Positions 19,701-28,302 of a stretch of 40,312 nt of DNA are shown here, one piece after another. Each line of letters starts with the position of its first letter. Positions within the stretch are counted from its first letter, which is position 1. Position numbers and translations under genes: made by a program. The notes under the pieces were generated by a model. It saw only the letters and a list, made by a program, of their open reading frames with translations. It had not been told where the DNA came from and made no database searches. This DNA is from Candidatus Aenigmatarchaeota archaeon (GTDB lineage: Archaea; Aenigmatarchaeota; Aenigmatarchaeia; QMZP01): NCBI GenBank assembly GCA_030615165.1, contig JAUWZW010000002.1, positions 1 to 40,312 on the forward strand, read 5' to 3'.

Positions 19701-19782
19701 TTAAGCCCGCAAGGCGGAGGAGGGTTGAACGCCAGCAAGTTCATATAAAGCGTTCTCCGTCATAGTTCGCAAGGCGGTATAC

Positions 19783-20418
19783 ATGGCAAAAATAAAGGGT
19801 CTTGAAGGCACAGAGAAGGATTTTGAAGTCCTAGAGAAAGGCATAAAGAAACTGCTCGAGGACACGCAGGAGGATAGGTTCGAGGAGATGACCGAGATAA
19901 TGGGAGAAAGGATAGATGAAGGAATGTCCTCCCTCAAGGATGAACTGGAGAGAAGGATTGATGATATGAAAAAAGAAAAGATTGATATTGCGAGTTTCCT
20001 TGCTGAGATAAAGAAGAACAGGGGAAGGATTACCAAGATGGAAGAGAGGCTCGATTCCTTTAAAAAGGATGATTCAACAGGCAGGAAGAACATGGAGGAT
20101 GATATTCATAGGGAGTTTGAGAAGGTAAAGAACGGGGTAAAGCAGGGCATAACAGAAAATGCAGGGACAATCAAAAATATGGAGGCAGAGATGGCAAATT
20201 TCAGGGAAAGGATAGAGGAAGTCAAGCTCCTTGGAGATGCCCTGAAGGGGCTTGATGTGAGGAGCGTAGCAAGGGATATTGAGGTTTTGAAGCAAAAGAC
20301 ACACTGGCTTGGAGAGAACATAGAAAAGTTCAATATCCAGCCTTTATTCAAAAGGATAAGGGAAATAGAGGAAGAGGTAAAGGTAACAAGGGACAGATCA
20401 CCATTGGTTATAGAGTAG
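19783..20418 (+). CDS. Coiled-coil hypothetical protein
   Basis: 211 aa E/K-rich helical protein with host-like codon usage. Confidence 0.75.
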   Translation: MAKIKGLEGTEKDFEVLEKGIKKLLEDTQEDRFEEMTEIMGERIDEGMSSLKDELERRIDDMKKEKIDIASFLAEIKKNRGRITKMEERLDSFKKDDSTGRKNMEDDIHREFEKVKNGVKQGITENAGTIKNMEAEMANFRERIEEVKLLGDALKGLDVRSVARDIEVLKQKTHWLGENIEKFNIQPLFKRIREIEEEVKVTRDRSPLVIE

Positions 20419-20463
20419 CGGGCAGTCAAAAGTTATAAATACATTGGAGGGTAATAGAAGTAT

Positions 20464-20556
20464 ATGAGAGGAGAAATCGTTATTTTCATAATAGGGGTAA
20501 TAGTTGGAATCCTGCTGGTGAAATACATTCTTCCGATGATCGGCATATCAATATAA
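20464..20556 (+). CDS. Small 30-aa single-TM protein (absent from ORF track)
   Basis: MRGEIVIFIIGVIVGILLVKYILPMIGISI*, with TATA-like ttataaata about 25-30 nt upstream and GGAGG upstream. Confidence 0.6.
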   Translation: MRGEIVIFIIGVIVGILLVKYILPMIGISI

Positions 20557-20616
20557 TTGTGCTGCTTTCTACAGGGCGCAAGTGCCTATTTTTAAACCAA
20601 TCGCTTAAATTAAACT

Positions 20617-21912
20617 ATGGGTTTTTTGAATATTTTCAGAAAGAGGAAAGAAAAACCAGAGCCGCAGGAGATTGAGCAGAGGACAGAAGAGTCAGTCCTT
20701 GCTACAGATGAGATTCTGGAATGGATAGATAAGGAATTCAGGGAGAAACTGGATAGAGCCCACTCTAAGGCAAGTGAGATTCAAAACAGTGTAATGGATG
20801 GCTTCTCAAGGTTAAGGGATTCTGTAAGTATTTTGGAGAAGGCAAGTTTTGAAAAACAGGACAGGAGCTATGCAGCAGTAAACATGGTTAAGGACTCCTT
20901 TGTGAAGAGAACATATTCCCTCATAAACAATGTGAGAAAGATACAGGGCGACCTGAATTATACAGGACTCAAGGATTTCCACTCAGCTACGTCGAGGGTT
21001 GTAAATAAATTGAAGAATCTCTCACCAAAGCAGATGGTCATGCTTTCAAACTACTTCAAGAAGGAATGCAATAACGTTATCAGTAAAATGAGACGGGTTG
21101 AGGATGATGTAAAGTCTTTGGGCGGATTTCTTGAATCTGACGCAAGGGTGATGAGAATGATTCAGGATGTAAACATGAGTGTGCTCAAGCAGGGTGAACT
21201 TTTAAGGGAATTGAATTCCATTGGGAAGAGAGGGGATGAGATCCGGAATAAACTGGATGACCTGAAAGGGGTTAAGAAGGAGAAGGAATCAGGGCTTCAA
21301 AAGCTGCTGAAGAGCAGGGAATGGAGAGAGCTGGAGAGCATCAAGGAAAAGACTGAAAGGATAAGGCAGGAGATGTCAGACATCGAGAACATAGTGAATG
21401 AAAAGATATCATCTGTGAAGAGGCCATTCAAGAAACTGAAGCATGTCTTGGATGCAGAAACCACAACAAAGGAGTCTTTCCCGGATAACCCGTTCAGGGA
21501 AGTTATAATGAGGGACAGGGAGAACTGGTTAAAGAACACACTGGATTCAATCAGAGATTTCTCTGAAAGCGGAAGGATTGCATTAAAACCAAGTGAGAAG
21601 AAGAGGGTTCTTGATTTGATTAAGATACTGGAATCAGAGATACCAAGGGAGAAGGAAAAACACAGGAAATTGGCAAATGACATGAATGAGAAGGAAAGAG
21701 GGCTAAAAACCGATGTTATAAGAAAGATAAACTCCCTTAAGGGTGCAATAAAAAACAGCGCTGAGAGGATGCTGTCCTTGGAGAAGGAGGCAAATGTAAT
21801 CTGGGATGACAAGGAAAGGATAAAGGGTGATTTGATTGAGGAGAAGAAAAAAACAGAAAGGCTCATTCTTGAAAGCAGTGGAAGGAAAGTCAGAATTAAG
21901 ATCTCTGGCTGA
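20617..21912 (+). CDS. Coiled-coil hypothetical protein
   Basis: 431 aa; MGFLNIFRK amphipathic start, long charged helices. Confidence 0.8.
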   Translation: MGFLNIFRKRKEKPEPQEIEQRTEESVLATDEILEWIDKEFREKLDRAHSKASEIQNSVMDGFSRLRDSVSILEKASFEKQDRSYAAVNMVKDSFVKRTYSLINNVRKIQGDLNYTGLKDFHSATSRVVNKLKNLSPKQMVMLSNYFKKECNNVISKMRRVEDDVKSLGGFLESDARVMRMIQDVNMSVLKQGELLRELNSIGKRGDEIRNKLDDLKGVKKEKESGLQKLLKSREWRELESIKEKTERIRQEMSDIENIVNEKISSVKRPFKKLKHVLDAETTTKESFPDNPFREVIMRDRENWLKNTLDSIRDFSESGRIALKPSEKKRVLDLIKILESEIPREKEKHRKLANDMNEKERGLKTDVIRKINSLKGAIKNSAERMLSLEKEANVIWDDKERIKGDLIEEKKKTERLILESSGRKVRIKISG

Positions 21913-23020
21913 GCGCTTGCTGGAAAAGCAGCTGTGTGATAACTGCCTCGGAAGGCAGATGGCAATGGTATCCACAGGGATGACAAACAGGGAGCGGGGC
22001 AGGGTTTTGAGAAGGCTTTTCAAGGCAGGAAAAGAGCCAGGAAAATGTTCCGTGTGCAGGGGGCTCTTTAAGAATCTGAACAGGCTCGCCCTGAGGGCTG
22101 TCAAGAAACTGGGAAGGATAGAATTCAACACGTTTGTTGTCGGCTCAAAGATAAACCAAGGGTTTATATCCAGGGAGGAGTCTTTGTGGAGGTTGGTTGG
22201 TATCAAGTACTGCGAATCCCTGAAGGCAGAGCTCAACAGGGAACTGGGCAAGCTCATATGGAAGAAAACAGGGAAGCGTGCCGATGAAAAAAACCCTGAT
22301 GTAACGGTTATAATTAACACAGAAAGAGATGAGATAGAGCTGAGGATAAACCCTTTATTTGTTTACGGGAAATATAAAAAGCTTGTGAGGGGAATCCCTC
22401 AGACAAAATGGGATATGTATCCGGAGACTATCGAGGATATAATAGCCAAACCATTCATGAAATTCACAAAGGGCAGCAGGCATGCATTTCATGGCGCAGG
22501 AAGGGAGGATGTTGATGCACGCTGCCTGGACTGGAGACCGTTTGTCTTCGAGGTTTTCGAGCCTTTAAAGAGAAACCTGGATTTAAAAAGAATAAAGAAG
22601 GAGATTAACAAGACAGGCAAGGTCAGGGTTAGTAATTTAAGGAATTCAGAGAAAAAGGAGGTAGTAAAGATAAAATCCATAAGGCCTGATAAAACATACA
22701 GGATATTGATTGGATTTGAAAAGCCTGTCAAGGCAGGGGAACTGAAGAAGCTGAGAACCCTTACAGGGATTATTGAACAGAAAACACCAAACAGGGTGTT
22801 GCACAGGAGGGCTGACCTCCTGAGGAAGAGAAGGGTTAAAAGCATAAAATGGAAAAGGATAAGTAATAAAAAAATCGAAATAGAAATCAGGAGCGAGGCA
22901 GGGCTTTACGTAAAGGAAATGGTAACAGGCGACAGGGGAAGGACAAAACCAAATGTGGCAGCTCTCCTAAAAAACCCCACAAAGATACTGGAGCTGGATG
23001 TTGTAAAAATATGGTTGTAA
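21836..23020 (+). CDS. pus10: tRNA pseudouridine(54/55) synthase Pus10
   Basis: LCDNCLGR, C..C, RGIPQTKW, HGAGREDVDAR, QKTPNRVLHRR, GLYVKE. GTG at 21878 is a plausible true start. Confidence 0.95.
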   Translation: MRRRKKQKGSFLKAVEGKSELRSLAERLLEKQLCDNCLGRQMAMVSTGMTNRERGRVLRRLFKAGKEPGKCSVCRGLFKNLNRLALRAVKKLGRIEFNTFVVGSKINQGFISREESLWRLVGIKYCESLKAELNRELGKLIWKKTGKRADEKNPDVTVIINTERDEIELRINPLFVYGKYKKLVRGIPQTKWDMYPETIEDIIAKPFMKFTKGSRHAFHGAGREDVDARCLDWRPFVFEVFEPLKRNLDLKRIKKEINKTGKVRVSNLRNSEKKEVVKIKSIRPDKTYRILIGFEKPVKAGELKKLRTLTGIIEQKTPNRVLHRRADLLRKRRVKSIKWKRISNKKIEIEIRSEAGLYVKEMVTGDRGRTKPNVAALLKNPTKILELDVVKIWL

Positions 23021-23049
23021 GAATCAATTAATAAAAGCAGTTCGTAAAG

Positions 23050-23256
23050 TTTGACATAGACGGAGTCGTGTCTCGTAGACACGAGATTGAGTGAGCTTTG
23101 CTCACGAAAGATGTGCTCACAACTCTTGTGCTGAGGCACAAGATCGCGCCTCGCTGGCGCGAGACGTCTCTGCGTCAGAGACGCAGACATATCTTCATCC
23201 AATGCAGAGGAGAGATGAAGATATATGTTCCCGTCAGAGTTCATAAGGCGAGGTTT
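23050..23256 (+). repeat. Array of at least six GC-rich hairpins (structured leader or REP-like array)
   Basis: Hairpins at 23066-23084, 23091-23105, 23124-23143, 23144-23162, 23169-23187 and 23189-23224, closed by gacgg (23059-63) / ccgtc (23231-35). Confidence 0.75.
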
Positions 23257-23568
23257 ATGACCAAACCAAGCAAGGGCATGAGGCATAGAACAAGAAGGAA
23301 GCTGAAGAAGGGCTTCAGGGAAAGGTTTAAGCCAGAGAGGTTCATACAAGAATTTAAACCAGAAGACAAAGTAATAATCAAGCAGAATGCATCCTCGCAC
23401 AAAATGCCCCATCCAATATTCAAGGGAAGAATAGGCAGGGTAAGGGAAAAGAGAGGAAGGGCTTACATAGTCGAAATCAGGATCGGAAACAAGATAAAAG
23501 AGCTGATGGTAAGACCGGAGCACCTCCTAAAGCTTCCTCAAAGAAAACCTTGGAAAAGAAATAGGTGA
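23257..23568 (+). CDS. rpl21e: 50S ribosomal protein L21e
   Basis: SKGMRHRTRRKL, MPHPIFKGRIG, VRPEHL. SD GAGGT before ATG 23257. Confidence 0.95.
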   Translation: MTKPSKGMRHRTRRKLKKGFRERFKPERFIQEFKPEDKVIIKQNASSHKMPHPIFKGRIGRVREKRGRAYIVEIRIGNKIKELMVRPEHLLKLPQRKPWKRNR

Positions 23569-23573
23569 TAATT

Positions 23574-23891
23574 ATGGAAATCACGAATGAGAAAAACGTA
23601 ACCTGGGCTGAAGCCAAGAAGTTGATGGAGAAGAAGAAGGCTCTGGGCTATGAGCAGAAGAATGCATTAGAGCATCTGAAAAAGTTCAGCAAATTCTCTG
23701 AAAAGAAGACCCAGGAGTTCATGAAAATGCTGGGCAAGATAGAGAGGCTGAAGGACAGGCATAAAATAAGCATAATCAACATGCTGCCTAGGGATATGGA
23801 TGACATCAGGATTCTTTTTGCAAATGAGATAATAACAATATCTGAGGATGAAAAGAAGGAGATACTGAAGATAGTAAAGAAATTCACCTAA
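23574..23891 (+). CDS. rpo4: RNA polymerase subunit Rpo4 (RpoF)
   Basis: YEQKNALEHLKKF, IINMLP..DDIR; conserved position after rpl21e. Confidence 0.9.
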   Translation: MEITNEKNVTWAEAKKLMEKKKALGYEQKNALEHLKKFSKFSEKKTQEFMKMLGKIERLKDRHKISIINMLPRDMDDIRILFANEIITISEDEKKEILKIVKKFT

Positions 23892-23941
23892 CAAGTTTGG
23901 AATGCTTTTTAAACAAAAATCTAATTTTAAGGTGTGATGAT

Positions 23942-24529
23942 ATGAACGACAAAATAATAAAAAAGGATGACTGGGCAATCGTGCTGGATTTCCTTTCCCA
24001 TGGGCGTAGTGGAATGGACAGGGCTCAGCCCATGGCTCAGGTTATTGGAGAGAAATATTTCTCTCTGTTAGATGTGATAGTGAGGGATAATGTTAATCTT
24101 AAGATGGGAGACAGGGTCTACATTGGTGATGCGAAGAGGGAAAAGGTCAAGTACATAAGGGAAAGGATCGAGCCGAAGGACCTGACCGTTGCTGCAAAGG
24201 AAGAGCTTTCTGATATCATTGAGAAGATAATAGACAAAAATACGAAGAGATTCCTTGACTTCTTCAACAAAGCAGGACCGGTAACAACAAGGTTGCACCA
24301 GATAGAGCTGTTGCCTGGTATCGGTAAAAGGCATCTGTGGGCAATACTCAATGAGAGAAAGTCAAAGCCCTTTGAATCCTTTCAGAATTTGAAGAAGAGG
24401 GTTCCCCTTTTGCCAGAGCCAAAGAAGATGGTCATAAAAAGAATATTAGACGAACTGGAGAATAAAGATAAATATAGGATATTTGTCCCAAGAATGGAGA
24501 GACGTAAGGGCTTGGATAGGTATCGCTAA
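23942..24529 (+). CDS. DUF655 family putative nucleic-acid-binding protein
   Basis: VLDFL, AQVIGEKYFSLL, FFNKAGPVTTRLHQIELLPGIGK; conserved position after rpoF. Confidence 0.9.
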   Translation: MNDKIIKKDDWAIVLDFLSHGRSGMDRAQPMAQVIGEKYFSLLDVIVRDNVNLKMGDRVYIGDAKREKVKYIRERIEPKDLTVAAKEELSDIIEKIIDKNTKRFLDFFNKAGPVTTRLHQIELLPGIGKRHLWAILNERKSKPFESFQNLKKRVPLLPEPKKMVIKRILDELENKDKYRIFVPRMERRKGLDRYR

Positions 24530-24548
24530 AGTTAAGGGGGTATAAAAA

Positions 24549-24977
24549 ATGCTCGTGAAGGAAATAATGAACACTGATGTGAAGACGGTAAGCCCGGATT
24601 CAATTATCCAGAAGGCAGCAAAGAAAATGAGCAAGCATCATGTGGGGTGCCTGATTGTTGTTAAGGACAGCAGGCTTGTTGGCATTGTGACAGAGAGGGA
24701 CATAATGAGGAATGTCGTTGCAAAGGCACTTGATGCTAAAAAAACAAAGGTAAAGAATGTGATGACAAAAAAGGTCATAATGGTAGACCCGGAAAGGGAC
24801 GTTGAGGATGCGGCAGAGATAATGACTGAGAAGAAGATAAAGAAGCTGCCTGTTATCCTTCATGACAAGGTTATAGGGATTGTTACAGCAATGGATATTG
24901 TGACTGCACACCCAAAGACCATAGAGCAGATAGGCAAGTTACTGCTTCTCCCAAAGAAAAAGGCTGTGGCCGGCTAG
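24549..24977 (+). CDS. CBS domain pair protein
   Basis: VGIVTERDI and IGIVTAMDI CBS repeats. Confidence 0.92.
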   Translation: MLVKEIMNTDVKTVSPDSIIQKAAKKMSKHHVGCLIVVKDSRLVGIVTERDIMRNVVAKALDAKKTKVKNVMTKKVIMVDPERDVEDAAEIMTEKKIKKLPVILHDKVIGIVTAMDIVTAHPKTIEQIGKLLLLPKKKAVAG

Positions 24978-25012
24978 TTTTTTAAATGTATCCAATCTAT
25001 AAAATATTCACA

Positions 25013-25233
25013 GGGCTCGTAGCTCAGTTGGTTAGAGCACCAACAAAATGGTATCTGGGTGTTCCCTGGATACTGCGGTGCATGTCTTATAATGGCTGTC
25101 CGCAACCAAGCCGTAGAAGCTGGCGGTCGAGGGTTCAAATCCCAACCCTTTCTTTCAAAAGGAAAGGTCTAGGCTTACCCCAAAGAAACACTTTACAAAA
25201 GAAACTGGGGAAATGAGAATCCCTCCGAGCCCA
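25013..25233 (+). tRNA. tRNA-Ile(UAU) with three introns (25043-25083, 25092-25117, 25140-25219)
   Basis: Splicing gives a 74-nt cloverleaf: acceptor GGGCTCG/CGAGCCC-A, D arm GCTC/GAGC, anticodon stem CCAGT/GCTGG with loop CT-TAT-AA, T arm GAGGG-TTCAAAT-CCCTC. BHB/BHL motifs at the junctions; TATA tttaaa about 25 nt upstream. Confidence 0.82.
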
Positions 25234-25278
25234 TTCATTGATTTATCGTCAAAAACAAACCCATACAACGTCGATTGA

Positions 25279-25296
25279 CCGAAAAGCTTTTAAATG
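25279..25296 (+). promoter_or_regulatory. BRE-TATA promoter of thermosome gene
   Basis: ccgaaaag followed by cttttaaat, then SD aggtga before ATG 25343. Confidence 0.55.
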
Positions 25297-25342
25297 CAAT
25301 CTGTAATATTATAGGATAGATTAACTTTATAGGTGAGTTGAT

Positions 25343-26992
25343 ATGGCAAACGGAGTAGCTCAGCTTGGCGGACAACCAATTTTGATACTTCCAGAAGGAG
25401 CCCTGAGAAGCAGGGGGAAGGACGCACAGAAGAGCAACATTGCAGCGGCAAGGGTTGTTGCCGATGCTGTCAGGACAACCCTGGGGCCAAAGGGCATGGA
25501 CAAGATGCTTGTTGATCCTCTGGGTGATGTTGTTATAACGAATGATGGCGCTACAATCCTTGATGAGATGCAGATTGAACATCCTGCAGCAAAGATGATG
25601 GCTGAGATTGCAAAGACCCAGGACAAAAGTGTTGGTGACGGAACCACAACAGCGGTTGTTATTGCAGGGGAATTGTTAAAGAAGGCTGAGGAGTTACTGG
25701 ACCAGGAAATTCATCCAACTGTCATAACAAGGGGATTCAGGCTTGCGAAGTTCAGGGTGCTGGATTTGTTAGACAGGATAGCAGACAACATTGACATAAA
25801 AAATGAAAAGGCTATGGAACAGGTTGCAACCACTGCAATGACAGGGAAATCAGCAGAGAAGGCATCAAAGGAACTTTCCGAGCTATCGGTCAGGGCAATC
25901 AAAAAAGTGGCTGAAACCAGGGCAGGAGGTGAAGTGGAAATAGACACGGACAACATAAAGATTGAGAAAAAGGAGGGAGGTTCAATCAATGATACAAAAC
26001 TTATAGAAGGGGTTCTTCTGGACAAAGAGGTTGTTCACTCAGCAATGCCGAGAAGGATTAAAAATGCAAGGATAGCCCTGCTTGACTGCGCCTTGGAGGT
26101 TAAGGAACTGGAATCAGATGCAAAGATAAACATAGATTCCCCTGAGAAGATGCAGGCATTCCTTGAAGAGGAAGAGAAGATGCTTAAAGGCATGGTCAGC
26201 AAGATTTCCCAGACAAAGGCCAATGCAGTTTTTTGCCAGAAGGGTATTGATGACACAGCCCAGCACTATCTTGCAAAGCTGGGAATCTTGGCAGCAAGGA
26301 GGGTGAAGAAGTCTGACATAGAGGCTTTGTCAAAGGCAACAGGGGCAAATATAATCTCGAAGGTAAATGATTTGTCAAAGGATGACTTGGGTTTTGCAGG
26401 TCTGGTTGAAGAAAGGAAGATTGCAGGGGATGAGATGATTTTTGTCGAGGAGTGCAAACAACCCAAGGCTGTTACAATACTGCTCAGGGGAGGAACAGAG
26501 CATGTTGTTGATGAGGTTGAGAGGGCAATGGAGGATGCAATAAAGGGAATTGCATCAGCCTTGGAACTGGGAAAGATAGTTCCTGGCGGGGGTGCTTCTG
26601 AGATAGAGATTGCAAGGGACTTGAGGAAGTATGCAGAGAGCTTCAAGGGCAGGGAGCAGCTGGCAATAAATGCATTCGCTGATGCGATTGAAGTGATTCC
26701 AAGGAGCCTTGCAGAGAACGCTGGCTTGGACCCTATAGACAAGCTTGCAAATCTGAGGGCACAGCATGATAAGGGCATGGCTTCGGCGGGTCTGGATGTT
26801 TTTACAAGTCAGATTCAGGACATGACAAAGCTTGGCGTTATAGAACCCCTGAAAATCAAATTGCAGGCAGTCCAGTCAGCGGCAGAGGCTGCGGAGATGA
26901 TACTGAGGATAGATGATGTAATCTCTGCAGGAACGAGCGAGAAGGGCGGTGCTCCGGGCATGCCGCCTGGCGGAATGCCACCGGGATACTGA
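25343..26992 (+). CDS. ths: Thermosome subunit (group II chaperonin)
   Basis: [42 protein letters not shown]-type tail. Confidence 0.97.
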   Translation: MANGVAQLGGQPILILPEGALRSRGKDAQKSNIAAARVVADAVRTTLGPKGMDKMLVDPLGDVVITNDGATILDEMQIEHPAAKMMAEIAKTQDKSVGDGTTTAVVIAGELLKKAEELLDQEIHPTVITRGFRLAKFRVLDLLDRIADNIDIKNEKAMEQVATTAMTGKSAEKASKELSELSVRAIKKVAETRAGGEVEIDTDNIKIEKKEGGSINDTKLIEGVLLDKEVVHSAMPRRIKNARIALLDCALEVKELESDAKINIDSPEKMQAFLEEEEKMLKGMVSKISQTKANAVFCQKGIDDTAQHYLAKLGILAARRVKKSDIEALSKATGANIISKVNDLSKDDLGFAGLVEERKIAGDEMIFVEECKQPKAVTILLRGGTEHVVDEVERAMEDAIKGIASALELGKIVPGGGASEIEIARDLRKYAESFKGREQLAINAFADAIEVIPRSLAENAGLDPIDKLANLRAQHDKGMASAGLDVFTSQIQDMTKLGVIEPLKIKLQAVQSAAEAAEMILRIDDVISAGTSEKGGAPGMPPGGMPPGY

Positions 26993-27048
26993 CAAGACAA
27001 AACTTTTTTTAACAAAGTCATGTCTCACAGAGTCAATACAATGGTGAG

Positions 27049-27540
27049 ATGAAGATATTTATATGGGATAAAGACAATACTTTATATATGAATGATGAGT
27101 ACGAGGTAATACCAACATCACCCATAAGAAGGCTTGAAAAGCGCCTTGCAAAGATTGAGACAACCAGTTCTTCCTCAGAGATTCAAAGATTGATTGAACA
27201 GATAATAGAGCTGATAAAATCAAACCAGAGGATTATAGATGATGTGATAAAGGCTGATGCTGAACTGAGGAATGAGATATCCAAGGTTCCTGGAAAGATT
27301 GATGAATTGCTTGACAACATGGGCGAATTTATAGATTTACTGAAGGCATCTGCCACAGAGGAAACAGTCTCTGAGGTCTCAAAGGATGTGATGAAGCCCC
27401 TTGTTGAAAAGATGACAGAGATGGTTGATCAGAACAAGAAGATTCTGGAAGCAGACCAGGCTTCCCTTGTAAGCCTTGGCGTGATTGACAAAAGGTTGAA
27501 GAGATTATACCTGCAGTTTGCAAGCATTTATAAGAGATAA
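27049..27540 (+). CDS. Hypothetical helical protein
   Basis: Long ORF with host-like codon usage; ATG 27088 (MNDEYEVIP) is an alternative start. Confidence 0.75.
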   Translation: MKIFIWDKDNTLYMNDEYEVIPTSPIRRLEKRLAKIETTSSSSEIQRLIEQIIELIKSNQRIIDDVIKADAELRNEISKVPGKIDELLDNMGEFIDLLKASATEETVSEVSKDVMKPLVEKMTEMVDQNKKILEADQASLVSLGVIDKRLKRLYLQFASIYKR

Positions 27541-27582
27541 TTTATAAAGGAGGAGAGGCAAATATAAACCAAAGTGATATGT

Positions 27583-27783
27583 ATGGAAAAATTCTTAACG
27601 ACTCAGGTGTTCACAGTAGCGGTTGCTGTAGTATTGTTGATTACCTTCTATCTGTTGCTGGCAACAAGCCTGACAACAGGCATTGAGGTATTCACACCAC
27701 TGATACTGATAGTGCTTGCAGTGATATGCTTGGGCATATTCGCAGAGCTTACAAAGGTGGAGAAAGCACTGAGCAAAAAATAA
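27583..27783 (+). CDS. Small two-TM membrane protein
   Basis: Two hydrophobic helices with a basic tail. Confidence 0.7.
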   Translation: MEKFLTTQVFTVAVAVVLLITFYLLLATSLTTGIEVFTPLILIVLAVICLGIFAELTKVEKALSKK

Positions 27784-27811
27784 ATCTTAGATATAAAATA
27801 GGAGGGAAAAA

Positions 27812-28204
27812 ATGAGAAAGGGTATAACACCGATTATATCGATTATAGTGTTGCTGTTGATCACAGTGGCGCTTGCAGGTGCAGCATGGACATACCTTTC
27901 GGGAATCATGGGGATATACACAGAGAAGTCATTCATAATACCCACAGCCGGTGCGTATTGCAGTGCAGGTAAGATTGTAGTTAGTCTTGTCAATACAGGC
28001 ACTAGTACCATAACAACGGATAACTGGATCACTGCATCCATTGACCCAGCTATAAACTGTACTGCAGGAGATCCTGTGAAACCAACTAGTAATATCGAAC
28101 CCAAAGGAACGGGGACATTTACCGCGAGCTGTGCCACTGGTATCAGCTACACACTTCACATAGGGACAGCAGCAGGAACACAGCACCCAGTAGTGGCCTG
28201 TTAA
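27812..28204 (+). CDS. Archaeal type IV pilin (probable major pilin)
   Basis: MRKG/ITPIISIIVLLLITVALAGAAWTY, NTGT motif, 4 Cys, GGAGG SD. Confidence 0.9.
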   Translation: MRKGITPIISIIVLLLITVALAGAAWTYLSGIMGIYTEKSFIIPTAGAYCSAGKIVVSLVNTGTSTITTDNWITASIDPAINCTAGDPVKPTSNIEPKGTGTFTASCATGISYTLHIGTAAGTQHPVVAC

Positions 28205-28302
28205 TTGCATTCTTTTTTGACTTTTCCCCTTTTCTTTAAATCTGGGTAGCAAGGAATGGTTCTGATTGCTGTTTTAAATATCCATAAAGCCAATTATTAT
28301 TT

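Noticed and set aside
18011-22320. Long antisense ORFs (e.g. 18683..19543, 21297..21986)
   Set aside because: S/F/L-rich shadows of purine-rich coiled-coil genes on the plus strand.
23098-23256. 53-aa N-terminal extension of L21e in the ORF track
   Set aside because: It starts at TTG inside the hairpin array; the SD and homology point to ATG 23257.
23050-23256. CRISPR array, SRP RNA or RNase P RNA
   Set aside because: No identical repeats with unique spacers and no cas genes; no SRP helix 8 or RNase P conserved motifs visible.
25105-25123. Alternative reading as tRNA-Tyr (GTA in ccgtaga)
   Set aside because: GTA lies in intron 2 pairing with the anticodon loop; the acceptor and BHB geometry fit Ile(UAU).
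24986-25216. 76-aa ORF
   Set aside because: It overlaps the intron-containing tRNA-Ile and has no protein features.
26944-26989. [15 protein letters not shown] repeat
   Set aside because: Normal low-complexity chaperonin tail.
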